Shown here: positions 46,134 to 55,483 of the stretch, piece by piece
Layout of the letters: each line of letters begins with the position of its first letter
How positions within the stretch are numbered: position 1 is the stretch's first letter
NCBI GenBank assembly: GCA_963815195.1
Contig: CAWFGE010000008.1
Coordinates: forward strand, 128,001 to 192,000
Origin: an uncultured Planctomycetaceae bacterium
Lineage (GTDB): Bacteria > Planctomycetota > Planctomycetia > Planctomycetales > Planctomycetaceae
Direction: 5' to 3'
Length of the DNA: 64,000 nt
Position numbers and translations under genes: made by a program
Notes under the pieces: generated by a model
Database searches by the model: none
The model's input: the letters and a program-made list of their open reading frames with translations, nothing else
What the model was told of the DNA's origin: nothing

Positions 46134-46346
46134 GTTCTTTTCTCACAACAACCAAGGCGAGCGGGGGCGTGAGGCCCCTGGTTTTGTGGATCCTCCAAAA
46201 TCGCTCCCTTCGCAAAACCATTTCACTGAAATGAAACCTACCTTAAGGATACGCGAATGACCGGTTGGCTGACAGGCCCGGTCTGGTGGCGGGGAACAAT
46301 CATGGGGCTGACGCCCGGGCTGACGCCCCACGCTCGCCGGAACAAA

Positions 46347-47480
46347 TCACTGCGTGATGCCTTCTGTGATGGCCATGAAGGCGTCTTCCAGGCTTTCGGT
46401 TTTGCCTTGGAACTCCAGGACCTCGAATTCCTCGAGCAGCATGTTTTTAAGAAGCAGGGACTGCTCGGCGGCCGTGCCTTCGAAATCGAAGGTCAGGATC
46501 TGATCGGCCCGTTTGACCTCCGAGACGTGCGATTGTTCCCAAAGCCAGCGCTCGAGTTCGGAGCCGCGCTGGATCACCCGGCAGAGGAGCGTCGTGGAGA
46601 TCCGTTCGCCGCGGGTTTTCCGGCGTTGGGCGCTGCGGATTTCGTCCATCGTGCCGTGGATCAGGATTCGGCCCGCCTCGATGATCGCGGCGGAGTTGCA
46701 GATTTCGCCCAGCTCGGTGAGGATGTGCGAACTGATGAGCACGGTCTTGTTGAGGTCTCTCGCCAAGAGATGAATCAGTTCTCGCAATTCCACGCGGGCG
46801 CGGGGATCGAGGCCGGCGGCGGGTTCATCGAGGACCAGGACCTCTGGATCGTGGATCAACGTCCGGCCCAGGCCCAGCCGCTGGGACATGCCTTTGGAGA
46901 GCGTGTCGATCGGTTTTTCGGCGAGTTTTCGCAGTTCGGTGAAGACGAGGACTCGCTCCAGGGAATCCCGCAGCCTTTGCCCGCGGAGGCCGTAAGCCCG
47001 CCCGAAGAAGTCGAGGTATTCGACGACGTTGACGTTGTGATATCTGCCGAAGCTGTCGGGCATGAAGCCCAGGATCCCGCGAACTTTGTCGGGGTCGTCC
47101 ACAACCGAATAGCCGCACACGAAGGCATCGCCCGCGGTGGGGGTGTCGAGCGTGGCGAGGATCCGCATCGTCGTGGTTTTGCCCGCCCCGTTGGGGCCGA
47201 TGAAACCCATCACCTGCCCGGGGTACGCCGAGAACGTGACATCGTCCACCGCTCTGAGCCGGCCGAAAAAGCGGTTGAGATGGCGGATTTCGAGCGCCGG
47301 CTCGCCCCGGTTCGCCGAGCCGTTCTCGCCGGACGGTGAGGTCCTCGGCGGGGGCACCGCGACGACGACGATGTCCGCGTCCTCAACGATTTCCTCGCCG
47401 GCCGCATTCGCGCTGCCAGCATTGGGATGCGGGGGAACCGGCTCCCGGGTTGCGCGGGGGTTGGGAATCGGGGAGATCAT
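46347..47480 (-). CDS. ABC-2 type ATP-binding protein (start uncertain)
   Basis: GPNGAGKTTT, LSKGMSQR, VLDEPAAGLDP, ISSHILTE, SLEDAF. Confidence 0.9.
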   Translation of the reverse strand: MISPIPNPRATREPVPPHPNAGSANAAGEEIVEDADIVVVAVPPPRTSPSGENGSANRGEPALEIRHLNRFFGRLRAVDDVTFSAYPGQVMGFIGPNGAGKTTTMRILATLDTPTAGDAFVCGYSVVDDPDKVRGILGFMPDSFGRYHNVNVVEYLDFFGRAYGLRGQRLRDSLERVLVFTELRKLAEKPIDTLSKGMSQRLGLGRTLIHDPEVLVLDEPAAGLDPRARVELRELIHLLARDLNKTVLISSHILTELGEICNSAAIIEAGRILIHGTMDEIRSAQRRKTRGERISTTLLCRVIQRGSELERWLWEQSHVSEVKRADQILTFDFEGTAAEQSLLLKNMLLEEFEVLEFQGKTESLEDAFMAITEGITQ

Positions 47481-47535
47481 TCATAGGGAAGAGGATCGTC
47501 TTGGAGAGGCGGAAGGATCAGAAAAGCTTACAGGT

Positions 47536-49800
47536 TCACTTGCCGCTGCCTCGAATCGCGACGGCGGCGGTTTGGGCCCGGCCTTTGACGAACACATGCC
47601 CGCTTTGGGCCAGGGCGTCCAACTGGGGCAGGCTGCGGGCTGTGCCGATGTCCTTCAGCACATCGCAGATGACTTGCTGCGTTTGCCAATCCTTGGCGGC
47701 GGCCAGCGCCTTGAGGAGTTCCGGCTCGGCCGCGGAGCCAAAGGACTTCAGCCCCTCGACGGCTTCCCGGCGGACGCTAAAGTTGTTCAACTGCGCGATT
47801 ATCGGAACGATGGCCTTCGGATCTTTCAGTTTTCCAAGCGCCACCAGCACCCGCTTTTTCAAAAAAATGTCCTTGTTGACCGGGTCGTCCAACTGGCTCA
47901 ATAAGAACGTCACAGTGTCGGCATCGCCCCACACGGCTAACGCATCCGCGGCGGCTTGTTTGTCGAAATGGCCGCCGTTTGTGATCAGATTTTCCAACAG
48001 CCGGGCCGCTTCTTTTTGACGGTTGGGATCGGGCTGCATCTTGGCCAATTGTTGGGCAGCGGCTTTGGCCTTAAAGCCCTTGCCTTCCCGCAAATCCGCC
48101 AACAGCGAATCGAGCGTCCGGGCGTCCGGCGGAGCTTCGAGCTGGGGCGGGACCGGCGGGTTTTGCCCGGGCGCCACGGGAATCGGTGCCGCGGGATTTG
48201 GCCGAGGAAACGGTCGCGGTCGCGGCCGGAAAACAACCGGCGGGTTCGCGTTGGGATTCGGGAGCGGCGAGACGGGAACGGTCGGGTTGGGCGCGGGCGT
48301 TTGGGTGGCGGAACGGCCCAGGCAGGCGAGAAACGGAAGCGGAGCGAAGGCCGTGCTCCCGGCGACCATTCCGCCGAGATTCCCGAGTCCACGTTGAGTC
48401 ACCGCGACCGTGCGGCCGAATTGGCGGAAATCGGACGAACCCGGATTGCCCCCGGGACCCGGCATTCTGTTGGCGGCTTCAAACGCTTTCCCATATTGCG
48501 AGGCCTCGCCGGCGGATTCGAATCTCAAAAAGGTGACATGCTTGACGCCGTCGCCGTCCAACTGCAAACCCGTGCCCGCCGTTTTCGCGTGCATGCCTAT
48601 GGGCATATCGGGCCCGGAGGAACTGGGGCCGGTGATTTCCTCTCCCGGGCGGGACACGCGGGCGGTGACCACGTGATATTCGGGCTGCATGAATTCCATG
48701 TCGGTCCAATCGGGAGCCTCGCCTGCGGTGTCGATTGCTGCTTGGACTTCGGCTTGGGTTCCCACGACCAGCGTGCGGGCGTCGGGCAGATAAAGACCCC
48801 ACCGCCCCTGCGAACCGTTGTCGGGAGAAAACAGGTGGAACGTCTCGCCGTTGTGGGTCGCGGATTCGGTGTTCTCGCCGATCAGCTTTGTGCGGTCCCA
48901 ATCCTTGTTGGCGCGGGCGACCATCACGAACGGCGTGTTCCGCGGAACGTTGAGCAGCACGCTCATGCCGTTGAACTCCGCCGGTTCGTCCCGGTAGATG
49001 CCGATGACGACGCTTTCCAGATCGCCCAAATCCATCCCCGTGCGGTCGCGGAACTGGTCGACGACGCCGCGGAGCTGGGGACCGCCGGCCAGTTGCGTTT
49101 GAAAGAACGGCGAGCGGGAAAGATCCCCCACGCGAAAAACGCCCACGGCCTGGCAATCCGCCGGCAGATAAGCCAGCCGGCCTTGCGCCGCGGCGGACGC
49201 GGATGAAGAACCTTGAATCAGGAAAATCGCCCCGATGATGACGGCGAGCGTCAGGAGCAGCCCGCCGACGATCGCCCCCCACATCCTCGCAGAGCTTGAC
49301 GACGACCTGGCACGCTTGGAGGAAGAACGCGGGGGCTCGCGGCGGGAAGGTCTCCGCGAACTCTCGCGCGGAGTGCGGTCTCGCGGAGACGGGGCCGCGC
49401 GACTGTGCGGCTCATCGTCGGCTTCTTCGTGGTACGGTTCGACCTCGAAAATGTCCCGGTCGTCCGCCGATCGATCTCGGCGCGGCCGGGAGGACTTCCG
49501 CTCGGGAGCCGGCTCAGGCGCTGGCAGTTCCTCCATGTCGTCGAAGTTGTCGAGGTCCGCGAGATCGGCGTCGGGTTTCCGCGGAATCGCCCTAGGGGCC
49601 GGTTCCGCTTCGATCCATTCGGGCTCCAATTCCTCGATGATTTCCGGTTCCGGGTGGACGGTGAACCGGTGCCCGCATTCCGGGCAAGGCATGCGGCGGC
49701 CGATCAAATCGCGGTTTCGCAGCTTGAACGACGCATTGCACTCGGGACACAACACGGAAAGCGGTTTAGACGAAGACGGAGGTTTGGGGCGGTCGGACAT
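47536..49800 (-). CDS. Zinc-ribbon / TM / extracytoplasmic domain / HEAT-repeat protein
   Basis: CPEC...CPECGHRF, Arg/Asp-rich linker, one TM helix, Pro-rich linker, C-terminal HEAT-like repeats (ALGKLKDPKAIVPI). Confidence 0.8.
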   Translation of the reverse strand: MSDRPKPPSSSKPLSVLCPECNASFKLRNRDLIGRRMPCPECGHRFTVHPEPEIIEELEPEWIEAEPAPRAIPRKPDADLADLDNFDDMEELPAPEPAPERKSSRPRRDRSADDRDIFEVEPYHEEADDEPHSRAAPSPRDRTPRESSRRPSRREPPRSSSKRARSSSSSARMWGAIVGGLLLTLAVIIGAIFLIQGSSSASAAAQGRLAYLPADCQAVGVFRVGDLSRSPFFQTQLAGGPQLRGVVDQFRDRTGMDLGDLESVVIGIYRDEPAEFNGMSVLLNVPRNTPFVMVARANKDWDRTKLIGENTESATHNGETFHLFSPDNGSQGRWGLYLPDARTLVVGTQAEVQAAIDTAGEAPDWTDMEFMQPEYHVVTARVSRPGEEITGPSSSGPDMPIGMHAKTAGTGLQLDGDGVKHVTFLRFESAGEASQYGKAFEAANRMPGPGGNPGSSDFRQFGRTVAVTQRGLGNLGGMVAGSTAFAPLPFLACLGRSATQTPAPNPTVPVSPLPNPNANPPVVFRPRPRPFPRPNPAAPIPVAPGQNPPVPPQLEAPPDARTLDSLLADLREGKGFKAKAAAQQLAKMQPDPNRQKEAARLLENLITNGGHFDKQAAADALAVWGDADTVTFLLSQLDDPVNKDIFLKKRVLVALGKLKDPKAIVPIIAQLNNFSVRREAVEGLKSFGSAAEPELLKALAAAKDWQTQQVICDVLKDIGTARSLPQLDALAQSGHVFVKGRAQTAAVAIRGSGK

Positions 49801-49871
49801 GGATTTAGAGTTTCCCGTTTTCGATCATTCTCCACAGTCGTGAGTCCCGCGAAGCCCGCGTTCGTCTTAGC

Positions 49872-51982
49872 TCAGAAATTCCCGATCGGGTGGCCGTCGT
49901 TATATTGAAACAGATCCAGCAGCGTCTGGGGGTTGATGTTCTTGGCAAGGTAACGCACCGAACCGTCACACAAGAGCGCATTGAACCCGCCGCTCGTCTC
50001 GCCCAGGTTTTGGGTCGGGTTGGCGGGGTTATAGCGGTAATCGTCGGGCTTGGTCCAAACCACGGCCGCGGCGTCGTCGGCTTCCACGACCAATATCGTA
50101 TTGCTCATCCCATCGACAAGCTCGGCGAATTTCTTGCCGCCGCCGTTTTCCATCACGCCTCCCGGTCCGTCGATTCCCAGGTAGACCGTTCTCCCCGGCG
50201 GGGCGTTCGAGTTGGGGCTCTTGTAGATGGCGGGCATCTGGTTGACCAACCTCAGGTTGTGCGCGCTGTTCCAGGGCTCGTTTTTGTGGAATTGCTGATA
50301 CAGGGCCTGCTGCCCGAGGAACGGCAGGATATGCACGCGCCAACTGAGTTGGCTCGAAAGCTCGGTTTGATTTTTGGGGACGGGAAGCGCATGGTACGTG
50401 TCGTAAAAGTTATGCATCGCCACGCCGACTTGCCTGAGGTTGTTCTTGCTGGCCGCCCGCCGGGCGGCTTCGCGGGCCTCGGTGAACGGATTTCCCAGAC
50501 CGCCTGGGCCGACGGGGTTTGGCCGATTGCCTTGGCCGAACAGGCTCGGCCGATTGCCCCGGCCGAACGGAAAGGACGGGATATTAAAGCCCCGGCCAAA
50601 GTTTTTCAGCATGCTGTTTTGATTGTTGTTCGCGAGTTGCTCCATTTTGTCGATGACCGAGGAGGGAACCTCGGCCGAGAGCGTGACGTGCTCCCCGCTT
50701 TGGCTGGCGGAGATGCTGTTAAACACCGACTCGGCGAGCGCAATGCCTTCTTGCATTTCCGGCGGGGCCTCATTCATCTTGGCACGATTGTCGTTGATGT
50801 ATTTCCTCCCTTCCGCCAGCGCCTGTTGGATGCCGCCGGAGATTTTTGCGGCGGAATCGGAACTCCCGCATTTCCCGACCACTTTGAACTCGATGCCGCT
50901 GCTCAAATTGAGCACCCAGGCCCCGCCTTTGAGATCTTTGGCTCCCTCCATCATGTCGGCGACATATTCTTTTCCAGGCAGCATGGGGGGCGGTTTGATT
51001 TCTCGGGTCAGTTTCGCCGGATCGTCGGGCAGATAGCCCGCCACGATCTGTCCGGAGGGCAGGAACGAAAATTTCTCGGCGACATTGGACGTTGCGCCGC
51101 GGTCCAAGGCCTGTTTCACAGAATCCGTCGGCCCCACCAGGAGGGTCTTCTCGTCCGGCAGATAAAATGCAAGCCGGCCGCCGTCGTAAAATGTTTTGTC
51201 GTTGTGCGTCGCTTCCGAAAGATTCTCGCCGGTTTTGAGGCCGTCGACGTTCCAGGGCGTCTTTTTGCGAACGACCATCAGGTGCGGGCCCCGGTCCATT
51301 TTGTCGGGGTCCTCGTAACCCGCGAGAAAACTTTCGACGGAATCGATGGATTCCCCTTGATTGAACCCGCCCTGCTCCATTTTCTTTTGGAGTTCGTCCA
51401 GGCCCGTTTTGAGTTGCGCCGCGTTCTGGTTGTTCAAGATTCGCTGGACGACGTTGGAATTCCAAACCTCATCGACATCGACCGAGACCACGACTTGGGT
51501 ATTCGGCGACAGCCACGCCATGTCTTTGGTATTGAGTCCGCCGCCGCCCACCAGGTTGTAGACCAGAACTCCCAGGCCCACCACGAGCAGCAGCCCCAAC
51601 ACGCCGCCACCCGCGAGGAGGGCGATCTTGGCGCCGTTTCCCGAACCGGACTTCCTGCGGGGTTTCTTTCCGCCGCGCGATCCGCGGGCCGCTCCCCGCC
51701 GAGATCGGGGCGGCTCATTCCGCCGAGACCGGGGCGGCTCGGAGGGGCGGCGGGCGGCGGGCCGCCGGGGCTCTTCAAAATCATCGTAGCCGTCATCGAA
51801 ATCGTCGAAATCGTCCTGCGCCGCCGGCTTCGGTTTGCGCACGGGGCAGCGGAGCGGGGCGGCTTGATCGTGAAGGGATTCTGGCAGTTCGGGCAGCGAA
51901 CCTTTTTCCCGATGGCCGCCGGGTTTTGGATCTTCAAGCGCGCATCGCAACTCGGACACTGGGCGGAAAAGGGACCAGGCAT
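49872..51982 (-). CDS. Zinc-ribbon / TM / DUF1559 (SBP_bac_10) protein; frameshift near 51844
   Basis: The likely N-terminus MPGPFSAQCPSC...CPNCQNPF (ORF 51434-51982) joins the 49872 frame if one C is added. AREAARRAASKNNLRQVGVAMHNF, SWRVHILPFL, DGMSNT, FNALLCDGSV. Confidence 0.85.
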
Positions 51983-52162
51983 AATTGCACAGACTCCACG
52001 GGAATATGTGGGGAAGGGTTGGAAGAGGCTCCGCCCCGAAACCGAAAAAATGCGAACTCAAAAAGACATCCCAGATCCTAACACCCCCCTTCCGCCCGAA
52101 CAAGAATCGATACGGGAATTCCGGAGGGAACGAGTGTTTTGAAATTCGTTTCAAACCGCCCT

Positions 52163-52507
52163 CTACGCCGATTGCTCGGCGATTGGCTGCGGGGTGGCGG
52201 GTTTGGGCGAAGCCGGGGTCGCGGGACGCCGCTTGAGGATTCTTCGCAGCTTGGACAAGGTGCCGTCGCGGTTCCAGCGGCGATAGTAGCTGTAAACCGT
52301 GCCCCACGCCGGGAATTCCACCGGCAGCATTCGCCAGGGACAACGCACCTGGTCGCGGTAATGGATCGCGCTGACCACCTCCCGCAAGTCCGTCGCCCGA
52401 TGCCGGCCCAAGGGACTTTCCTCGGGCAATAGCGGAGCAACCTGCTCCCACTGCTCGTCGGTGAGGTCGCTGGGATAGGCCGTTCGCGGCAAAGCTGCAT
52501 CACTCAT
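52163..52507 (-). mobile_element. IS5-family transposase N-terminal domain only (DUF4096-like)
   Basis: YPSDLTDEQW..VAPLLP...DLREVVSAIHY...CPWRMLPVEFPAWGTVYSYYRRWNRDGT. No DDE domain follows. Confidence 0.8.
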
Positions 52508-52577
52508 CGTCGGAGACCTCTCGGGGGCTTTGAGTTGGGAATCCAAATGCCAGCGTCCGTCGAGCCGGCCCGATCGA

Positions 52578-52892
52578 TTATGCGGAGGTCTTTTCGTCGG
52601 CATTCGTTTCACTGCCTCGCCGACCCGCCGGAAAATACAGCGTCCAATCGGCGAGCCAATCTGCTCCCGCCAAATGCCGGCGCTCCGAAGACGGCCGGCG
52701 ATTCGCCGGCTTTTGGGTTTGAGGTACGGGACGGGGGGTGTTCTCCTCGTCGACTTCGGGCGCGGGCGGCGAAGAGTCGTCCAACACCTCCAAAACCGCC
52801 GTGGGAGCCTGGACCGAAAGACCGCCCCCCATGAGGGATTCCTGAAAATCCCACGTCCGGTCTTCCTGAAACGAAAGGGGTGCGAGGTTCAT
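52578..52892 (-). CDS. Small hypothetical protein
   Basis: ATG at 52892 preceded by AAGGA; 104 aa, Pro/Glu-rich; same strand as the DUF4096 ORF. Confidence 0.35.
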   Translation of the reverse strand: MNLAPLSFQEDRTWDFQESLMGGGLSVQAPTAVLEVLDDSSPPAPEVDEENTPRPVPQTQKPANRRPSSERRHLAGADWLADWTLYFPAGRRGSETNADEKTSA

Positions 52893-53163
52893 CGCTTCAT
52901 TCCTTGGATCAATTGATGGAAAACGCGGCGGACCGGAACCGCTCGTTCCACAAATCCGCCTCACCAATCAATGATACGATACAAAAGAACAGTTATCAAT
53001 TGGTGTTTTGGGATTTTTCCGGATTTTCTGAGGAACGCTTTGTCGTGGTGAATATACGAAACGAACGTGGTTGCGGTTCACTGAGATTTTCCAGTCTGGA
53101 AAGATTTTTATGAGTGGAACGGCGCGAGCCGGCGGTTTTGGGAACGTGCACAACAGCCAAAAA

Positions 53164-53202
53164 AGCGCAAGCGAGGGAATGACTCATTCCCTCGCTTGCG
53201 CT
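53164..53202. repeat. Perfect 19-bp inverted repeat, REP-like hairpin
   Basis: AGCGCAAGCGAGGGAATGA-c-TCATTCCCTCGCTTGCGCT. Confidence 0.85.
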
Positions 53203-53467
53203 GCGGGCGAATGAAAAATCACCCAAAATGTGCCACGACGCAAACTTCCGCGTCCCGGCAGACCCCTTGACAGCCGATTTCCAAAAAAGTAGGGTCAGGA
53301 GAGATGAATTGGATTCCAAATCCCGCGATGGGAGTGCCCGGTTGGCGGGTCAATTCAAACCGGCAACGACAGCCTCACGGGTTTCTGGCCCGCGGAGGTT
53401 TTTTTATGCACCATGAGCCAGACCATCTGCAGATCAAACTCCCTGATTCTTTTCTCGTAAGGAGCGT

Positions 53468-54037
53468 GTGATGAGCCAGTTCCATACCTCGCTGAAGCGG
53501 CTCTTGTCCGGGGCCACGCTGAGCGGTTTTCTGTCGGCCGAGGGAAGCCCAGAGCCCCGGCCCGTCACTCTCGACATCAAACGCCTGGACAAATCCCGGG
53601 GCCCTCACGATTGGCAGCTTCACGTGGCGATCCAGGCGGTGGAGAACACCGTCGAGTGCGACCTCGCCGTGGACGTGCAGTGGGCGGGTTCGACGCCCGT
53701 GATCAGCCTTCATGAAGCGTCCATCCCCGGCGTGGGCACGGTCAATGCAAAGATTCTGATCAACAACTGCCTCTTCGCCGGGACCTGGGTGCACGAGGGA
53801 ATCCGCGGGGAAGTCTGGGGCGAGGTGTGGCCGCTGGCGGAAGCCGTCTCCCGCAAAGAACGCTTTGTGATCGAACGCAGCAGCGAGTTCCTGCGGGAGT
53901 GGTGGACGGGAAGCGAATGGTCCGAGGCCGCCGAGACAGCGCATTGGTACAAGCATGAACCCGATGGCCCGCGCATCACCGGCGACGAAGGCGCCCACGC
54001 CGTCTGCTATCCCAGCGGCGAAGTGGAACCGGGATAA
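53468..54037 (+). CDS. Hypothetical protein
   Basis: TAAGGAG RBS, genome-like codon usage, 189 aa; no recognised family. Confidence 0.7.
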   Translation: MMSQFHTSLKRLLSGATLSGFLSAEGSPEPRPVTLDIKRLDKSRGPHDWQLHVAIQAVENTVECDLAVDVQWAGSTPVISLHEASIPGVGTVNAKILINNCLFAGTWVHEGIRGEVWGEVWPLAEAVSRKERFVIERSSEFLREWWTGSEWSEAAETAHWYKHEPDGPRITGDEGAHAVCYPSGEVEPG

Positions 54038-54072
54038 GGGAAGCGGCGCACGTTCAGCGCATTTTGTGGTAC

Positions 54073-54395
54073 AAATCCGAAACGCGAAATCCGAAATCCG
54101 AAAGAAATCCCAATGACCAAAATCCTAATGACCAAACGCCCGGCACTCGGGTCTGTTTTATCGTCTTCGCCACTTTTGCTGAAATGAATATTCCCCCACA
54201 AGATGTTGTGGTGCGTCCAGCGTGGCCTGCTCATGGCTTTGCAGAGCATGTCCTGGGATTTGAGAGCATCCCGCATGCTCACGCAAAGCCGTGAGCATGC
54301 CACCCAGACGAAGCACGAAATGCACCAAGGGTTTGGAGATTGGGGTTTCGATCATTCGAAATTGTTTCGGATTTCGAGATTAGGATTTCGAATTT
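54073..54395. repeat. Inverted arrays of 7-nt units (AAATCCG / AATGACC) flanking an internal palindromic pair
   Basis: aaatccgaaacgcgaaatccgaaatccgaaa...caatgaccaa on the left; tttcggatttcgagattaggatttcgaattt on the right; inner inverted pair at about 54220-54305. Confidence 0.7.
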
Positions 54396-54402
54396 CCCCT
54401 CG

Positions 54403-55461
54403 TTACGGATAAACCTTCGTGCGGCGGCGCTCGGCGAGAAGGCTGAGAGCCAAATCCAGATTGTGGCGGGCTTCGGGATAGTGCCCGACGAGTTTGAGAG
54501 CCCGGCCGAAGGCGTCGATGGCGTCTTTCCACCGCTCCATTTCGAGATAGGCGTTGCCCAGGTTGTTCCAAGCCTCGGCGTAGCCGTCGTCCAGGTTCAA
54601 TGTCTTGAGAAACGCATCCCGCGCCTCGGCGAGCCGGCCCTGCGCATAAAGCGTGTTCCCCAAGTTGAAATACAGAATCGGATTGCCCGGTGCGATGGCG
54701 ATCGCGGTTTGATAGAGTTCCGCGGCCTCTGTGAGTCGGCCGTTCATTTCCGCCAAGAGCGCTTTCTCGAAAATCCGTCCGAGGTCGGCCGGGGCGGGGG
54801 GAATCTCGAAGGTGGCGTTCGTCTCCGGCGATTCGGAAAAATCGAAATACCGCTGCCCGTTGCCGTCCAGAAGCTGGCCGCGGTGCCGAATCAACAGCCG
54901 CCCGTGCTGCTCGATCCAATTCACTTCGGACACCGACTCCCCCGGCAGCCGATGTTGGTGCTTTCCCAATTCCCTGCGAATTTGGGCGATTGTGAAATCG
55001 GTTTCCGTCAGCCGCCACAAGCGTTTGGCCGTGGACAGGGCGGCGAAATTGAAAAACTCCAGCCGATGGATGACCTCAACCGGTTTGAGCAGCCCCCAGC
55101 GAACCCATTGGCGGAGCCGGGCGCTCGGCACTTGGAGCGTTCTCGCCAAATCCAAAAGCGTTAACCGGGACACGAGCGGTCCCCCGGCATCCAGATGCCC
55201 GGCGAGGCGATAGAACTCGCGTTCGGAAATTATCTGGAGGGCCGCCGTCTTCCGCAGTTCCCAGGCTTTGAGAAGGGCGCTCGAAGAGTCGGCACAGCCC
55301 TCGTCCCCAACGATGACATAGTCCGTTTGCCGATTGGGAACAGCGGCGCTCGGGCAGCCGAGTTCCCCGGCGAACTGGCGGAACTCCTTTTGCGACATCG
55401 CCGCAAACCGCCCGATGGGGCAGATCGTTTTTCCGGAAAGCGTGATCTCGGTATCCATCAT
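54403..55461 (-). CDS. BRCT + MerR-like HTH + TPR protein
   Basis: BRCT: LSGKTICPIGRF..MSQKEF...TDYVIVG...IISEREF. HTH: LLDLARTLQVPSARLRQWVRWGLLKP. TPRs: YFNLGNTLY, AEAWNNLGNAY, ARHNL. Confidence 0.85.
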   Translation of the reverse strand: MMDTEITLSGKTICPIGRFAAMSQKEFRQFAGELGCPSAAVPNRQTDYVIVGDEGCADSSSALLKAWELRKTAALQIISEREFYRLAGHLDAGGPLVSRLTLLDLARTLQVPSARLRQWVRWGLLKPVEVIHRLEFFNFAALSTAKRLWRLTETDFTIAQIRRELGKHQHRLPGESVSEVNWIEQHGRLLIRHRGQLLDGNGQRYFDFSESPETNATFEIPPAPADLGRIFEKALLAEMNGRLTEAAELYQTAIAIAPGNPILYFNLGNTLYAQGRLAEARDAFLKTLNLDDGYAEAWNNLGNAYLEMERWKDAIDAFGRALKLVGHYPEARHNLDLALSLLAERRRTKVYP

Positions 55462-55483
55462 CTCGAGTCAGCACGGGGATCCA

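Noticed and set aside
49872..52451. 859 aa ORF start at 52451
   Set aside because: The first ~200 codons overlap the IS5-like ORF and intergenic DNA. The zinc-ribbon N-terminus starts at 51982 in another frame.
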